Shown in pieces: positions 1 to 8,288 of a stretch of 15,477 bases of DNA. Numbering within the stretch: the stretch's first letter is position 1; each line of letters begins with the position of its first letter. The stretch is from an uncultured Deinococcales bacterium. Its GTDB lineage: Bacteria > Deinococcota > Deinococci > Deinococcales > JAAFIG01. Where the stretch lies: contig CAXTTL010000113.1 of NCBI GenBank assembly GCA_964247135.1, positions 1 to 15,477 on the forward strand. The letters run 5' to 3'. The notes under the pieces are model-generated. The model was given only the letters and a program-made list of their open reading frames with translations. It was not told where the DNA came from and did not search any database. The translations under genes and the position numbers were made by a program.

Positions 1-1
1 A

Positions 2-295
2 GTCGGCGCAAAAACCGCCAGTTGCGTGTTGATGTTTGACCTCGGACTCGCGGCAATGCCGGTGGACACGCACTTGCACCGCATCGCCAAGCGGCTCGAG
101 TTTGTGGGTGCAGACTCCAGCGCCGTGCAAACCGAAGCTTGGTTTGACGCGCACCTGCCGCGCAGTTGGGCAAAACGCTACGAGTTTCACGTCAACGGTT
201 TTCAGCACGGACGCGAAACCTGCCGCTCGCAAAAACCAAAATGCGCCGAATGCGTGCTGCTCGAGTTGTGCCCGAGCGGGTTGATGTTTGACTAA
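2..295 (+). CDS. nth: Endonuclease III / HhH-GPD DNA glycosylase with C-terminal 4Fe-4S loop (5'-truncated by window edge)
   Basis: The frame is open from position 2: VGAKTASCVLMF (end of the HhH motif with catalytic Lys), PVDTH (catalytic Asp) and C-X6-C-X2-C-X5-C (CRSQKPKCAECVLLELC). Stop TAA 293-295 overlaps the convergent gene's stop. Confidence 0.92.
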   Translation, partial: VGAKTASCVLMFDLGLAAMPVDTHLHRIAKRLEFVGADSSAVQTEAWFDAHLPRSWAKRYEFHVNGFQHGRETCRSQKPKCAECVLLELCPSGLMFD

Positions 296-1551
296 AACTC
301 GAGTTGGGATTTGAACACTGCCAGGTTCACCACGCGATGCTCGAGCCTTGATTGTTCGATGGCGAACGCCAGAAAGTGGCTTTCGAGGTAACTCGAGATC
401 GGTTCAGGTTGATGATTTTGGACGGCTTCAATAAAGGCTGCGGTCAAGCCGTCATCGCCGCCGCCGTGCCGCCCACCAGCCGTTACCGACTCGAGCATCG
501 GAATGACCTCTCCCCTGCCGCCAAATCCGTGAGGCTCGAGTTTGATCTCGTAAAAACCGTCATTGAAAACCGCCCGAAGGCTGGCTTTTGTGCCATCAAT
601 CCGAATCGTGCGCCCCTCCTGCGCCGAAAGTCCGTGCATGGTCAACGTGCCGGAACCGCCACCCTCAAAGTTGAAAGACACCACTTGATTGTCCACCACG
701 TCGTTGTCCATTCGGTAAACGCAACGTCCGTAATTGCTGCTCTCGAGCACCCGCCGCCTCGCCTCGAGTGAGGTGTCGGCGCTGATGGTGGAGGTGGGCC
801 ATTCAATATTGTCGGTCAGGTAAATTTTGGCGGCATGGTAAATGCACGAGTCCTCGGCGGGACAACCGTCCAAACAGCGCTCCGGCGAACCATCGGGCGC
901 ATTCTCGAGTCTGAAATGCTGTAAATTCCCGAAGCTCGAGAGGCTGGAAATCTGTCTGCCCATCAACCAACCGAGCAAGTCCAGATCGTGGGAGCATTTC
1001 GCCAGAATCATGGCACTCGAGCGCCCAGTGTTGCCCCAGTTTCCGCGCACGAACGAATGCGCCATGTGGAGGCTCGAGACGTTCTCACGCCAGGAAACCG
1101 TGACGACCTCGCCGAGTTGACCAGATTGCACGACCTCGCGCAAGGTTTGGAAAAATGGGGTGAACCGCAAAACATAGCCGAGCATCACCACGCGTTCAGA
1201 TGCTCGAGCTGCTTTTGCAACCCGCAGCGTTCCCTCGAGGGTGCTGGCAACGGGTTTCTCGAGCATCAGATGGAAACCGGCTTGCAGGGTTTTGATGGCG
1301 GCGGTTTCGTGCAGGGCATCGGGCAGACAAATAAATGCCGTGGACGCCCGCCCATGTTGAATCGCATCTTCCCAACTCGAGAATCGAAGCTCGAGCGGAA
1401 TCTGGTGCGCATTGCCAAAACGCTCGAGCTTCGTGGGGTCGGCATCGGCGACCGCCACAAATTTGAGCTGGTCCGGATTGTGAAACGCATAATTTCCGTA
1501 CACGTCAAACCCGCGATTTCCCGCTCCCAACATGATGGCGTTTAATGGCAT
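292..1551 (-). CDS. Gfo/Idh/MocA family NAD(P)-dependent oxidoreductase with Cys-containing insert
   Basis: Rossmann motif IMLGAGNRG, LMLEKP and AKCSHDLD; insert CLDGCPAEDSC...GRCVY. The ATG at 1551 is preferred over the track's 1569 because a TATGCT -10 lies 6 nt upstream. Confidence 0.88.
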   Translation of the reverse strand: MPLNAIMLGAGNRGFDVYGNYAFHNPDQLKFVAVADADPTKLERFGNAHQIPLELRFSSWEDAIQHGRASTAFICLPDALHETAAIKTLQAGFHLMLEKPVASTLEGTLRVAKAARASERVVMLGYVLRFTPFFQTLREVVQSGQLGEVVTVSWRENVSSLHMAHSFVRGNWGNTGRSSAMILAKCSHDLDLLGWLMGRQISSLSSFGNLQHFRLENAPDGSPERCLDGCPAEDSCIYHAAKIYLTDNIEWPTSTISADTSLEARRRVLESSNYGRCVYRMDNDVVDNQVVSFNFEGGGSGTLTMHGLSAQEGRTIRIDGTKASLRAVFNDGFYEIKLEPHGFGGRGEVIPMLESVTAGGRHGGGDDGLTAAFIEAVQNHQPEPISSYLESHFLAFAIEQSRLEHRVVNLAVFKSQLEF

Positions 1552-1557
1552 GGCTCG

Positions 1558-1563
1558 AGCATA
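1558..1563 (-). promoter_or_regulatory. Putative -10 element (TATGCT) for a leaderless oxidoreductase transcript
   Basis: Minus strand reads TATGCT-CGAGCC-ATG(1551); no Shine-Dalgarno sequence. Confidence 0.6.
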
Positions 1564-1575
1564 ACGCAAAAACGC

Positions 1576-1581
1576 TAAACT
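1576..1581 (+). promoter_or_regulatory. Putative -10 element (TAAACT) for a leaderless transcript of the 70-aa ORF
   Basis: Plus strand reads TAAACT-CGGGTC-ATG(1588); no Shine-Dalgarno sequence. Confidence 0.6.
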
Positions 1582-1587
1582 CGGGTC

Positions 1588-1800
1588 ATGCTTGAATGGT
1601 CGGAAACGGAATTACCCCACGGCACAATCTGGCTGGAAACCAAGCTGGACAATCTTGAAATTTGGCTCGAGTGGAACGACCGCGTGATGGCGTACCGTTT
1701 TGGGATCGTCAAAAATGATCAACCGTCAAGCAGTTCGCTCGGGTTTGCGGATTCACTCGAGGCTGCAAAATTATTGTGCCTCGAGAGCATTTTGCCTTGA
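1588..1800 (+). CDS. Small acidic, Trp-rich hypothetical protein (70 aa)
   Basis: Fills the gap between two minus-strand genes, and its stop is 1 nt from the convergent stop at 1802-1804. ATG start preceded by TANNNT-N6. Protein-like composition. Confidence 0.65.
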   Translation: MLEWSETELPHGTIWLETKLDNLEIWLEWNDRVMAYRFGIVKNDQPSSSSLGFADSLEAAKLLCLESILP

Positions 1801-1801
1801 G

Positions 1802-3766
1802 TTATTTCTTGTCCTTGACCCAATATTTTCGCCCGCCGATTTGCATAAAACTCGGGTCTTTGCGTCCGCTGGGCAAGAAAATAAATTGTTTGATGATGCG
1901 TCCGTCGTCGTACTTGAATTCGATGGTGTTGCCGTACAGTTTGTAAGCGCCGATGTTGCTGCGCGAGTTGGAACCTGCCACCGAGGCGGTCACATCGCCA
2001 GTTTGCGTTCCCGTATCGGTTGCCCCAAAAAAGAAACTGCTGTTCGCCTCTCGAGAAAAGCGTCCATCTTTACGCAGCAGCAAGTCCACCGACGAGGATG
2101 ATCCGCCTGTGCCGATTGCCGCGCCTTGAACCACCAACGATTCGTAGGCGGCATTCAATTTCAAGCCGTCGAGAGGCTCGAGGGTATTGTATTGGTCGCC
2201 GTCGATGGTTAAACCTGACTTGCTGCGTTTCCAAGTCCTGGGTTTGTCCAAACCAATTTGAATCGTATTGCCTTTGAGGCTGTAAACCTCGCAGACCGGA
2301 AAGCCGCTCGGGTAGGTGCGGCTGCAATCGGCGTCCATCAACCCTTCGGTGTCCTCGAGGTCATCGGTGTAAACGTAACCGTTTTTCTGAAACAACAGGT
2401 ATTCGTAGCAGATGCCACCACACGCCAAGTAGCCGTTGATCGCCACTTGGCTGATGCCATAAAAATACCGTCCCTCGAGTCCGCCCACCCCTGGCGCGGC
2501 TGGGGCTTTGGTCTTGCCAAATTTTGGATTTCGACGCGCTGTGACTTGCCGTGCGCATTCGATTTTGGGATTCCTGCCAAAACTGTATTCCTGGCGTCCC
2601 AATTCATCTTCTTGGTAATAACCCGTTTGGTCGTCCAGTCCGCCCTGCGTGAAATCCAAACTCGAGTAATCGTTGCTCAATTCGCCCGTGATGTTGACCT
2701 TGTAACTCCCCTCGCCGCCAGCGTAACGGTAACGCCGTTCCGCCAAAACCTCGAGCGTCCCCGCCGATTGCCCAGTGCCGTCAATCTTCAGGCATGGGTA
2801 CGAACCTGCTTGCGGGTCTTTGCGTTTGAAGCGCAGTTGCTCGAGTTGCTCATTGCCGCCGCGTTGAAAGCAGCGCACGTCGATTTTGTGGTCTTCGTTG
2901 CCCAGGTCGTACAGCCAGATTTGTGCGCCATCAATACGTTTAAAATTGTAAAAGTGTTTACGCGTTGACCCGAGCGCACCGCCTGTAAAGTACAAGTCGT
3001 AACCATCCATGCGAAATGTTCCGCTCGAGGTGGCAGTGCCGATGCCAACACGGTATTTGTGACCCGCCAGAATCTGCAAGGTCAGGCTGGGAGCGCCGTA
3101 TTTCTCGCCCCTAACCTCTGGGTAACAGTGATACTCGTCGGGAATCGGTTCTTTTTGGGGGTCGAGTTTGGTCTTATTAAACGCCGCAAAGTCAAACGCA
3201 GGCACAGGCTCGAGTTTGGCGGCGGCTGGCACAGTCGTTGGCGTACCCACAGGAGTCTTGATTGGGGTTTTTCCAGGAACGATGCTCGGGTTGGTGGTTG
3301 GAGTTGGCGTCACAGCCACTTTTCCAGCCTGCGCCGCAACCAGCGCGTATTCGCCTGAGTACAACACTTTCAAGTTAAAATCGGTATTCAATGATTTCTC
3401 GAGGTCACGACAATCCGTTTCGGGATCGGTGCTGGACTGGTCGAGTTGGGCATACAATTCCGCGCGTTTCTCCTCCAGGCTGGCGTCAATCCTCGCTTTT
3501 CCGTCGCCCAGCATTAGTGTAACAATCGCATCAATGTTCGGCAAATCCATGCTCACCCGCCACGCCTCGAGCACCTGGGCATTTTGGGTTTTCAGGGCTG
3601 GCACGCGCTGGTCGCACCATTCTTTGACCAGTTTGGCGGTTGCCCCCGCCGCGTAAATCGTGCTGATGGCGCGAAGGTATTCGGGCGTCATGGTTTGTCC
3701 AAAACCAAACGTGGAAAACAACAACACGATTGCCACAAAAATCAGCCGAAAACGATTTGAGGTCAT
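1802..3766 (-). CDS. Secreted multi-domain hypothetical protein (654 aa) with Pro/Thr linker and internal repeat
   Basis: Signal-peptide-like N-terminus (MTSNRFRLIFVAIVLLFSTFGFG-Q), P/T-rich linker at about aa 150-190, two similar ~90-100-aa units, 10 Cys and a beta-rich C-terminus. Confidence 0.85.
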   Translation of the reverse strand: MTSNRFRLIFVAIVLLFSTFGFGQTMTPEYLRAISTIYAAGATAKLVKEWCDQRVPALKTQNAQVLEAWRVSMDLPNIDAIVTLMLGDGKARIDASLEEKRAELYAQLDQSSTDPETDCRDLEKSLNTDFNLKVLYSGEYALVAAQAGKVAVTPTPTTNPSIVPGKTPIKTPVGTPTTVPAAAKLEPVPAFDFAAFNKTKLDPQKEPIPDEYHCYPEVRGEKYGAPSLTLQILAGHKYRVGIGTATSSGTFRMDGYDLYFTGGALGSTRKHFYNFKRIDGAQIWLYDLGNEDHKIDVRCFQRGGNEQLEQLRFKRKDPQAGSYPCLKIDGTGQSAGTLEVLAERRYRYAGGEGSYKVNITGELSNDYSSLDFTQGGLDDQTGYYQEDELGRQEYSFGRNPKIECARQVTARRNPKFGKTKAPAAPGVGGLEGRYFYGISQVAINGYLACGGICYEYLLFQKNGYVYTDDLEDTEGLMDADCSRTYPSGFPVCEVYSLKGNTIQIGLDKPRTWKRSKSGLTIDGDQYNTLEPLDGLKLNAAYESLVVQGAAIGTGGSSSSVDLLLRKDGRFSREANSSFFFGATDTGTQTGDVTASVAGSNSRSNIGAYKLYGNTIEFKYDDGRIIKQFIFLPSGRKDPSFMQIGGRKYWVKDKK

Positions 3767-3772
3767 GGATTT

Positions 3773-3778
3773 ATTATG
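3773..3778 (-). promoter_or_regulatory. Possible -10 element (CATAAT) 6 nt upstream of the 654-aa gene ATG
   Basis: Minus strand CATAAT-AAATCC-ATG(3766); same spacing as the other leaderless starts, but no -35 was seen. Confidence 0.4.
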
Positions 3779-3949
3779 AACTCGAGTCTCAAAACCAGAT
3801 GAGTTTCAATGTGGCGCAGACACGATTCTTTGATAACCCTTAACGCCAGCTCGAGCCAAGAAAACAGGTCAGGGTCTAGCACCTGAACTTCATGAGCATC
3901 CATTTTTAACCACGACTCGAGTCTCATTTTTAAACTCGAGCAAGCCAAA

Positions 3950-4429
3950 TTATGGTTTTGGCATTCCCTTGCTGACCCCTATTGGAAACTCTTGCGCCAT
4001 GCGCTCAATCGTGCGTTGTGCGGTGGCTTCCGCCATTTTCGCAAACGCCCGCCCACCCCATTTTTCAGCAACTGGAAGCTCGAGGTGAACTTCGGCGCGA
4101 AGGTGATAATGGATACTTGAGGTTGCGCCCGTACTGGTCACGCGACCTTCACCGTTGACGGCAGCCCAGAATTTACCGTCAAGCTTTTGCGCGATCAAGT
4201 TCGCGCCGTCTGGCACTGGCTCGAGCGCCGATTTAAAGTCGAGCAACCTTTCGCCCAGAAACGGCACTTCGATCCGCAAATGGGCGAATACCTCATTGCC
4301 CTCGATGCGCAAATTTCGGATAAACGAAACATTTTCGAGGCTCGTTTTGACATCCCGAATAAACGCAATGCCGTCATCAACACCGCCTGGGAATGGAATG
4401 TCAAACTGCCGATCCACCTCGAGGATCAT
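3950..4429 (-). CDS. DUF3809-like protein (Deinococcota; probable SRPBCC/START-like fold)
   Basis: Recognised pattern VPFLGE..L.F.S.LEP.PDGA.L ... HLELP.AEKWGGRAF.KM..A.A.RT.ER. Its start overlaps the upstream stop (TGATG), indicating translational coupling. Confidence 0.75.
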   Translation of the reverse strand: MILEVDRQFDIPFPGGVDDGIAFIRDVKTSLENVSFIRNLRIEGNEVFAHLRIEVPFLGERLLDFKSALEPVPDGANLIAQKLDGKFWAAVNGEGRVTSTGATSSIHYHLRAEVHLELPVAEKWGGRAFAKMAEATAQRTIERMAQEFPIGVSKGMPKP

Positions 4430-4743
4430 CAGTCAATCCATTCGACGGTCAGTTCGCCTTTTTTGGCGGCGTCGGCAATCTCGGTATCGGTTGCGCCGCG
4501 CAATTTGGGCAATTCCTTAAAGCTGCTGGTGTTGGTGGCGTAACCCATGCGCACAATCACTTTTTCGGTGCCTTCCTCTTTGCCCATCTTCCAGACCAGG
4601 TTGCTCGAGAGGGCTTCGATGCTGGCAGCCAAAGCCCCCACGTCTGGCACGGTGGGCATTCCAAAATCGCTCGCGCCGAATTCGAGCGGTTCTGGGGACT
4701 CGAGTTCTTCTTCGGTTAAGAGTTGATGGTTGATTTCGTCCAT
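4429..4743 (-). CDS. DUF3248-like protein (Deinococcota)
   Basis: C-terminal LVWKMGKEEGTEKVIVRMGYA...LPKLR...EI......GELTVEWID matches the family pattern as I recall it. The start is revised from GTG 4791 to ATG 4743 based on the promoter below. Confidence 0.78.
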   Translation of the reverse strand: MDEINHQLLTEEELESPEPLEFGASDFGMPTVPDVGALAASIEALSSNLVWKMGKEEGTEKVIVRMGYATNTSSFKELPKLRGATDTEIADAAKKGELTVEWID

Positions 4744-4749
4744 AACAAA

Positions 4750-4778
4750 AGCGTACCCGAGGTTTGGTTTTACGGCAA
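4750..4778 (-). promoter_or_regulatory. Sigma70-type promoter for a leaderless DUF3248-DUF3809 transcript
   Basis: Minus strand TTGCCG (4778-4773), 17 nt, TACGCT (4755-4750), 6 nt, ATG (4743). Confidence 0.7.
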
Positions 4779-4791
4779 GGACGGCAGACAC

Positions 4792-5913
4792 TTAAAGGCG
4801 GTACAACTCGAGCGCATTGTCGTGCAGGATGCGGCTTGCCGCCCATTGTGCCTCAGGGTTTGTCAGGTCGTGGTCGCTCACCGTCAACTCGAGCGCCTGC
4901 CCGATGATTCGCCGCCCGTGTTTTGCCGCCAGCCAGAACAACTCTGGGGTTCTGGAGGCATCGGTGGAAAATAAAATTTTTGTGATCGGCGCGAGGTGCA
5001 GGGCTTCTCGAGCCGAGGTCAGCATGGCGTGGCTGCTCATGTACGGAATGGTCAAGCCCAAATCCATGAATGCCCCAGGGTAGACGCTGCACAGGTATCC
5101 TGCCTCGCGCACGAAGGGGTAACAGTGCAACATCACGACGCGCAAACCAGCCAGTTCTGAGGCTTCAAAAATCGGGCGCAAATGCAAGGGGTTGGCGAGG
5201 CGTAAATCCAAATCGGGGTCACCGTACCCCGTGTGAAATTGAATCGGCAGTCCAGTTTCAGCCGCGACGCGCAATCCCGTCCAGAGCATCTCATCGAGCA
5301 ACGCCTTGTCGTTCACCCTTGGCGCAACGCCAGGTTCAGTCCCGTACTTCAGGCTCGAGTACGCCCGTTCCAAGTTGCTTGAGTCGTGACGCATGATCTC
5401 GAGTCCAGTGCGGTAAGCAATGATGCTTTTCAAACCGACCAGACTCGGCGCAGTCTCGCGCAGCATTTGCTCGAAAGCCATCATCAAACCGACCCAAGTG
5501 TCATGCTGTGGCACAAGCGCCGCCAGTTCGGTCTCGAGCCGTAAAACGCGTTTGCAGGGCAGCCCAATCATGTTTTGGTTCTGCTCGAGTGGTTGCATCA
5601 CCTCGAGCCAGATGCCGTCATCCACCAACACCTGTTCGATGTTGGTTTGCGCGAACATCGCGCGTGCCAAATCCGTGTAATTCCAAGCCGCTCGAGCCTC
5701 CAACACCGCCGCTCGGGTCGGTTCGCAACCGTAAAAACCTGCCAGTTCCCGAATCGAGCGCCGCGCAAAGATCACATCGGGCACAAATTTCTCGAGCATG
5801 GTCGGGTCGTAAGCCTCGGAGAAAAAAGCTTCGATGGGCGTTTTGCGCCAGATTTCCTCGCGGAACATGGCGTGCGCGTGATGGTCAAGAATTGAGATGT
5901 GCTCGAGGTTCAT
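4792..5913 (-). CDS. Amidohydrolase-2 family protein resembling the N-terminal domain of FluG/NodGS
   Basis: DHHAH metal motif, LKSIIAYRTGL, QFHTGYGDPDL, LHCYPFVREAGYL, KILFSTDA..PE. ATG 5913 is preceded by AAGGGG. Confidence 0.88.
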   Translation of the reverse strand: MNLEHISILDHHAHAMFREEIWRKTPIEAFFSEAYDPTMLEKFVPDVIFARRSIRELAGFYGCEPTRAAVLEARAAWNYTDLARAMFAQTNIEQVLVDDGIWLEVMQPLEQNQNMIGLPCKRVLRLETELAALVPQHDTWVGLMMAFEQMLRETAPSLVGLKSIIAYRTGLEIMRHDSSNLERAYSSLKYGTEPGVAPRVNDKALLDEMLWTGLRVAAETGLPIQFHTGYGDPDLDLRLANPLHLRPIFEASELAGLRVVMLHCYPFVREAGYLCSVYPGAFMDLGLTIPYMSSHAMLTSAREALHLAPITKILFSTDASRTPELFWLAAKHGRRIIGQALELTVSDHDLTNPEAQWAASRILHDNALELYRL

Positions 5914-5941
5914 GGTTTGCCCCTTCAAAATCAAAAATCAG

Positions 5942-6745
5942 TTAATCCGCAACTCGAGCTTGGATTGCCCAAGCCCTGGCAATCATCGAAATCGATCCGT
6001 CAGATTGAACGGGGATTCGTTCCCTCAGGCTTTCTCGGAGGCGAATTCTGGCAGGTTCCTCGAGCAACATCACGTAGGCGGGAGCAGAACCTTGTCCGCC
6101 CAAGAATGGCTGCCAGTAGTCTTCAAAACCCGAAAAGGGTGTCGGAATGTCAATCGCCCTCACCTCGATGTGCTCGAGTTCGGCAGCCGCAAAAAGTTCG
6201 GTCAATGGCTGTGGTTTGCACAGCGCGAAGCGCAAACCTTCGTCCAAAGCGGCGAGGTTGGGATCAAGTTGAACGGCTGCATCCCAAAAGTAACGCATCA
6301 ATTCCATTTTTTCGGCGTAATCCCAGACGTAAGCCCCAATGATGCCACCCTTACCCGTCACCCTTGTCATTTCGGCAAGCGCAGCAGCTTGATCTGGAAC
6401 AAAATTGAGCACCAAACCCGAGACAACCACATCCACACTGGAATCTTCCAAAGGAATTGCACTGGCATTGCCCTGGTAAAACCTGACGCGATCCTTGAGT
6501 TGCCGCCGTGCAGATTCAAGAAATCCTTCAGAGGGTTCGACACCCGTGACCGACAACGGCGAGCAAGCATCCAAAATGGCAGCGCAGAGCGCCCCCGTGC
6601 CACAACCGACGTCCAGCCACCTGCGATCAGGCGGCACACCCAGCCAGTTCAAAAACAATGGGGCAACTTGGCGACTCCAACGACCAACGTATCGCTCATA
6701 GGGATCACCGCGCTCCCAAACGTCTGACACTTGCCGCTTGTTCAT
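5942..6745 (-). CDS. Class I SAM-dependent methyltransferase (Methyltransf_11/25-like)
   Basis: WLDVGCGTG (motif I), VTGVEPS, GNASAIPLEDSSVDVVVSGLVLNF. ATG 6745 is preceded by AGGAG at 7 nt spacing. Confidence 0.9.
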   Translation of the reverse strand: MNKRQVSDVWERGDPYERYVGRWSRQVAPLFLNWLGVPPDRRWLDVGCGTGALCAAILDACSPLSVTGVEPSEGFLESARRQLKDRVRFYQGNASAIPLEDSSVDVVVSGLVLNFVPDQAAALAEMTRVTGKGGIIGAYVWDYAEKMELMRYFWDAAVQLDPNLAALDEGLRFALCKPQPLTELFAAAELEHIEVRAIDIPTPFSGFEDYWQPFLGGQGSAPAYVMLLEEPARIRLRESLRERIPVQSDGSISMIARAWAIQARVAD

Positions 6746-6765
6746 GGGATTACTCCTCTCGAGGG

Positions 6766-8097
6766 TCAATACACATAACGGTGTCTGGGGATTTCTTCAT
6801 CTGGATGCTCGGTAAAATAGGCGGCTTCGGCTTTGCGTACCGCGATAAAACTTTGCGCCAGACCACCCAAAGCCGAGAGCAGCACCTCATCACGCTCGAG
6901 ATTGGCAACAGCTTGCTCGAGGTTGCCTGGGAGTTGGATAATCCCTCGAGCGGCAAGTTCTGCGTCCGACATTGCTCCTGGGGCGGTTTGCAGCGGTTCA
7001 CCTGGTTTTAGTTTGCGTTTTATCCCGTCGAGCATGGCGGCGATCAGACCTCCCAGGGCGATGTACGGGTTGGCGCTGGCATCGCAGGTTTTGAGTTCAA
7101 AATTGGTGCTTTTGCCGTTCACATCCGCGCTTGACAGCAAATGCGTGCTCGCCACGCGCACGCTCGCCTCGCGGTTGTCCAAGCCGTAACAGGCGAACGC
7201 ACCCGCCCACCAGCCAGGTTGTAAACGCCTGTAGGAGTTCACGCTCGGCACGGTCAAGGCGCACAAACCAGGCAGATGCTCGAGCACCCCCGCAATCGCG
7301 TGATACGCAAGTTTTGAGAGTTTGATTGGGTCACTGGGGTCAAAAAAAGCGTTCTTGCCATGCTGCCAGAGTGAGACGTGCAAATGACAGCCGCTGCCCG
7401 TACTCTCGAGGATGGGTTTTGCCGCGAATGAGGCTTTGAGCTTGTGCTGGGCGGCAATGCCTTTGACAATCGTTTTGAACAAGACCTGTTGGTCGGCGGC
7501 AGTCACACCCATGCTCGGTGCAATACTGATTTCCTGCTGACCCGTACCAGCTTCTGGATAGTACATTTCTGGCGTCAAACCCGCAGCCTCAAGCGCATCC
7601 AGAATGTCATCAATCACGAGTCTCGAGGGTTCAAAAGCGTCCAGGGTGGCGTAATTGCTCGAGTCGAGCGGCGTGTCGTCAGGGTTGAACAAGAAAAATT
7701 CGTTCTCAAAACTCGAGAAGACCTCAAACCCAAGCTTGTGCGCCTCGAGCAATTGTGATTTTAAAAACGTGCGCGGACAGTGTGCCCAAGGCTCACCAGC
7801 CACCGTCACCATGTCACCCAAAACCATCGCGCTCTCAGGGGCAAAAGGCAAAACCGTGAACGTCTCGAGGTCAGCCATGATTCTCGCCTCACCGACGGCA
7901 GAAAGCCCTGTTTCTGGAATCACCGCATCGAACATCATCGGCAATGCTTGCTGCCCCACCGTCAAACCCACACCAGCCCGCAACGCCCCCTCGAGACCAC
8001 CGCGCCAAACTGCTTTGCCTCGAGAAATGCCCGCATTGTCCACCCAGCAAAAACGGGTCAAACGCGGCGGGTGTTGCAGAATTTGATCTTTGGTCAT
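6766..8097 (-). CDS. Glutamine-synthetase-like gamma-glutamyl ligase (FluG/NodGS C-terminal-domain type)
   Basis: ENEFF, EAGTGQQEI, ASFAAKP, GSGCHLHVSL, NSYRRL, DNREASVR, NFELKTCDASANPY. NFE.K in place of canonical R.E.R, and W.GAF.C.G..NREA, resemble NodGS/FluG rather than GlnA. Confidence 0.88.
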   Translation of the reverse strand: MTKDQILQHPPRLTRFCWVDNAGISRGKAVWRGGLEGALRAGVGLTVGQQALPMMFDAVIPETGLSAVGEARIMADLETFTVLPFAPESAMVLGDMVTVAGEPWAHCPRTFLKSQLLEAHKLGFEVFSSFENEFFLFNPDDTPLDSSNYATLDAFEPSRLVIDDILDALEAAGLTPEMYYPEAGTGQQEISIAPSMGVTAADQQVLFKTIVKGIAAQHKLKASFAAKPILESTGSGCHLHVSLWQHGKNAFFDPSDPIKLSKLAYHAIAGVLEHLPGLCALTVPSVNSYRRLQPGWWAGAFACYGLDNREASVRVASTHLLSSADVNGKSTNFELKTCDASANPYIALGGLIAAMLDGIKRKLKPGEPLQTAPGAMSDAELAARGIIQLPGNLEQAVANLERDEVLLSALGGLAQSFIAVRKAEAAYFTEHPDEEIPRHRYVY

Positions 8098-8173
8098 GAA
8101 GTATTCCTGACTTTTTAAGAGGTTCGAGGTACTTTTTGTTCTGAAACACGAAGATCAGCGATTGCTCTCGCTG

Positions 8174-8288
8174 CCTCTCATCCCCAACCCTGTCTTGCCC
8201 TTAATGCAGCACCTTCTTGGTTTCAAGACGCACCTGACGGGCGAAACCGCTTCGGGCTTGGGCGCTTCTCTCCGAGGAGGGAAGGGAG
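8174..8288. repeat. REP-like C-rich/G-rich intergenic element, apparently interrupted
   Basis: CCTCTCATCCCCAACCC (8174-8190) and the hairpin CTTCTCTC-CGAG-GAGGGAAG (8265-8284), followed by GGAG, are separated by about 74 nt. Single copy in the window. Confidence 0.4.

Noticed and set aside
3763-3948. 61-aa minus-strand ORF between DUF3809 and the secreted protein
   Set aside because: TTG start, no Shine-Dalgarno and no motif, and it overlaps the likely promoter of the downstream gene. Its stop overlapping the next ATG is suggestive but insufficient.
5897-6727. 276-aa plus-strand ORF, and similar shadows at 2258-2968, 8352-8984 and 11376-12122
   Set aside because: Each lies antisense to a gene with clear family motifs and has no independent evidence.
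6179-6757. ~580-nt CTCGAG-free stretch in the methyltransferase gene as evidence of recent horizontal insertion
   Set aside because: With mean spacing near 140 nt and more than 100 intervals, one or two gaps this long are expected by chance.
6766-8097. Calling this gene glnA (housekeeping glutamine synthetase)
   Set aside because: Motif variants (YPE, NFELK) and pairing with a FluG-type amidohydrolase point to a GS-like gamma-glutamyl ligase, so the gene symbol is withheld.
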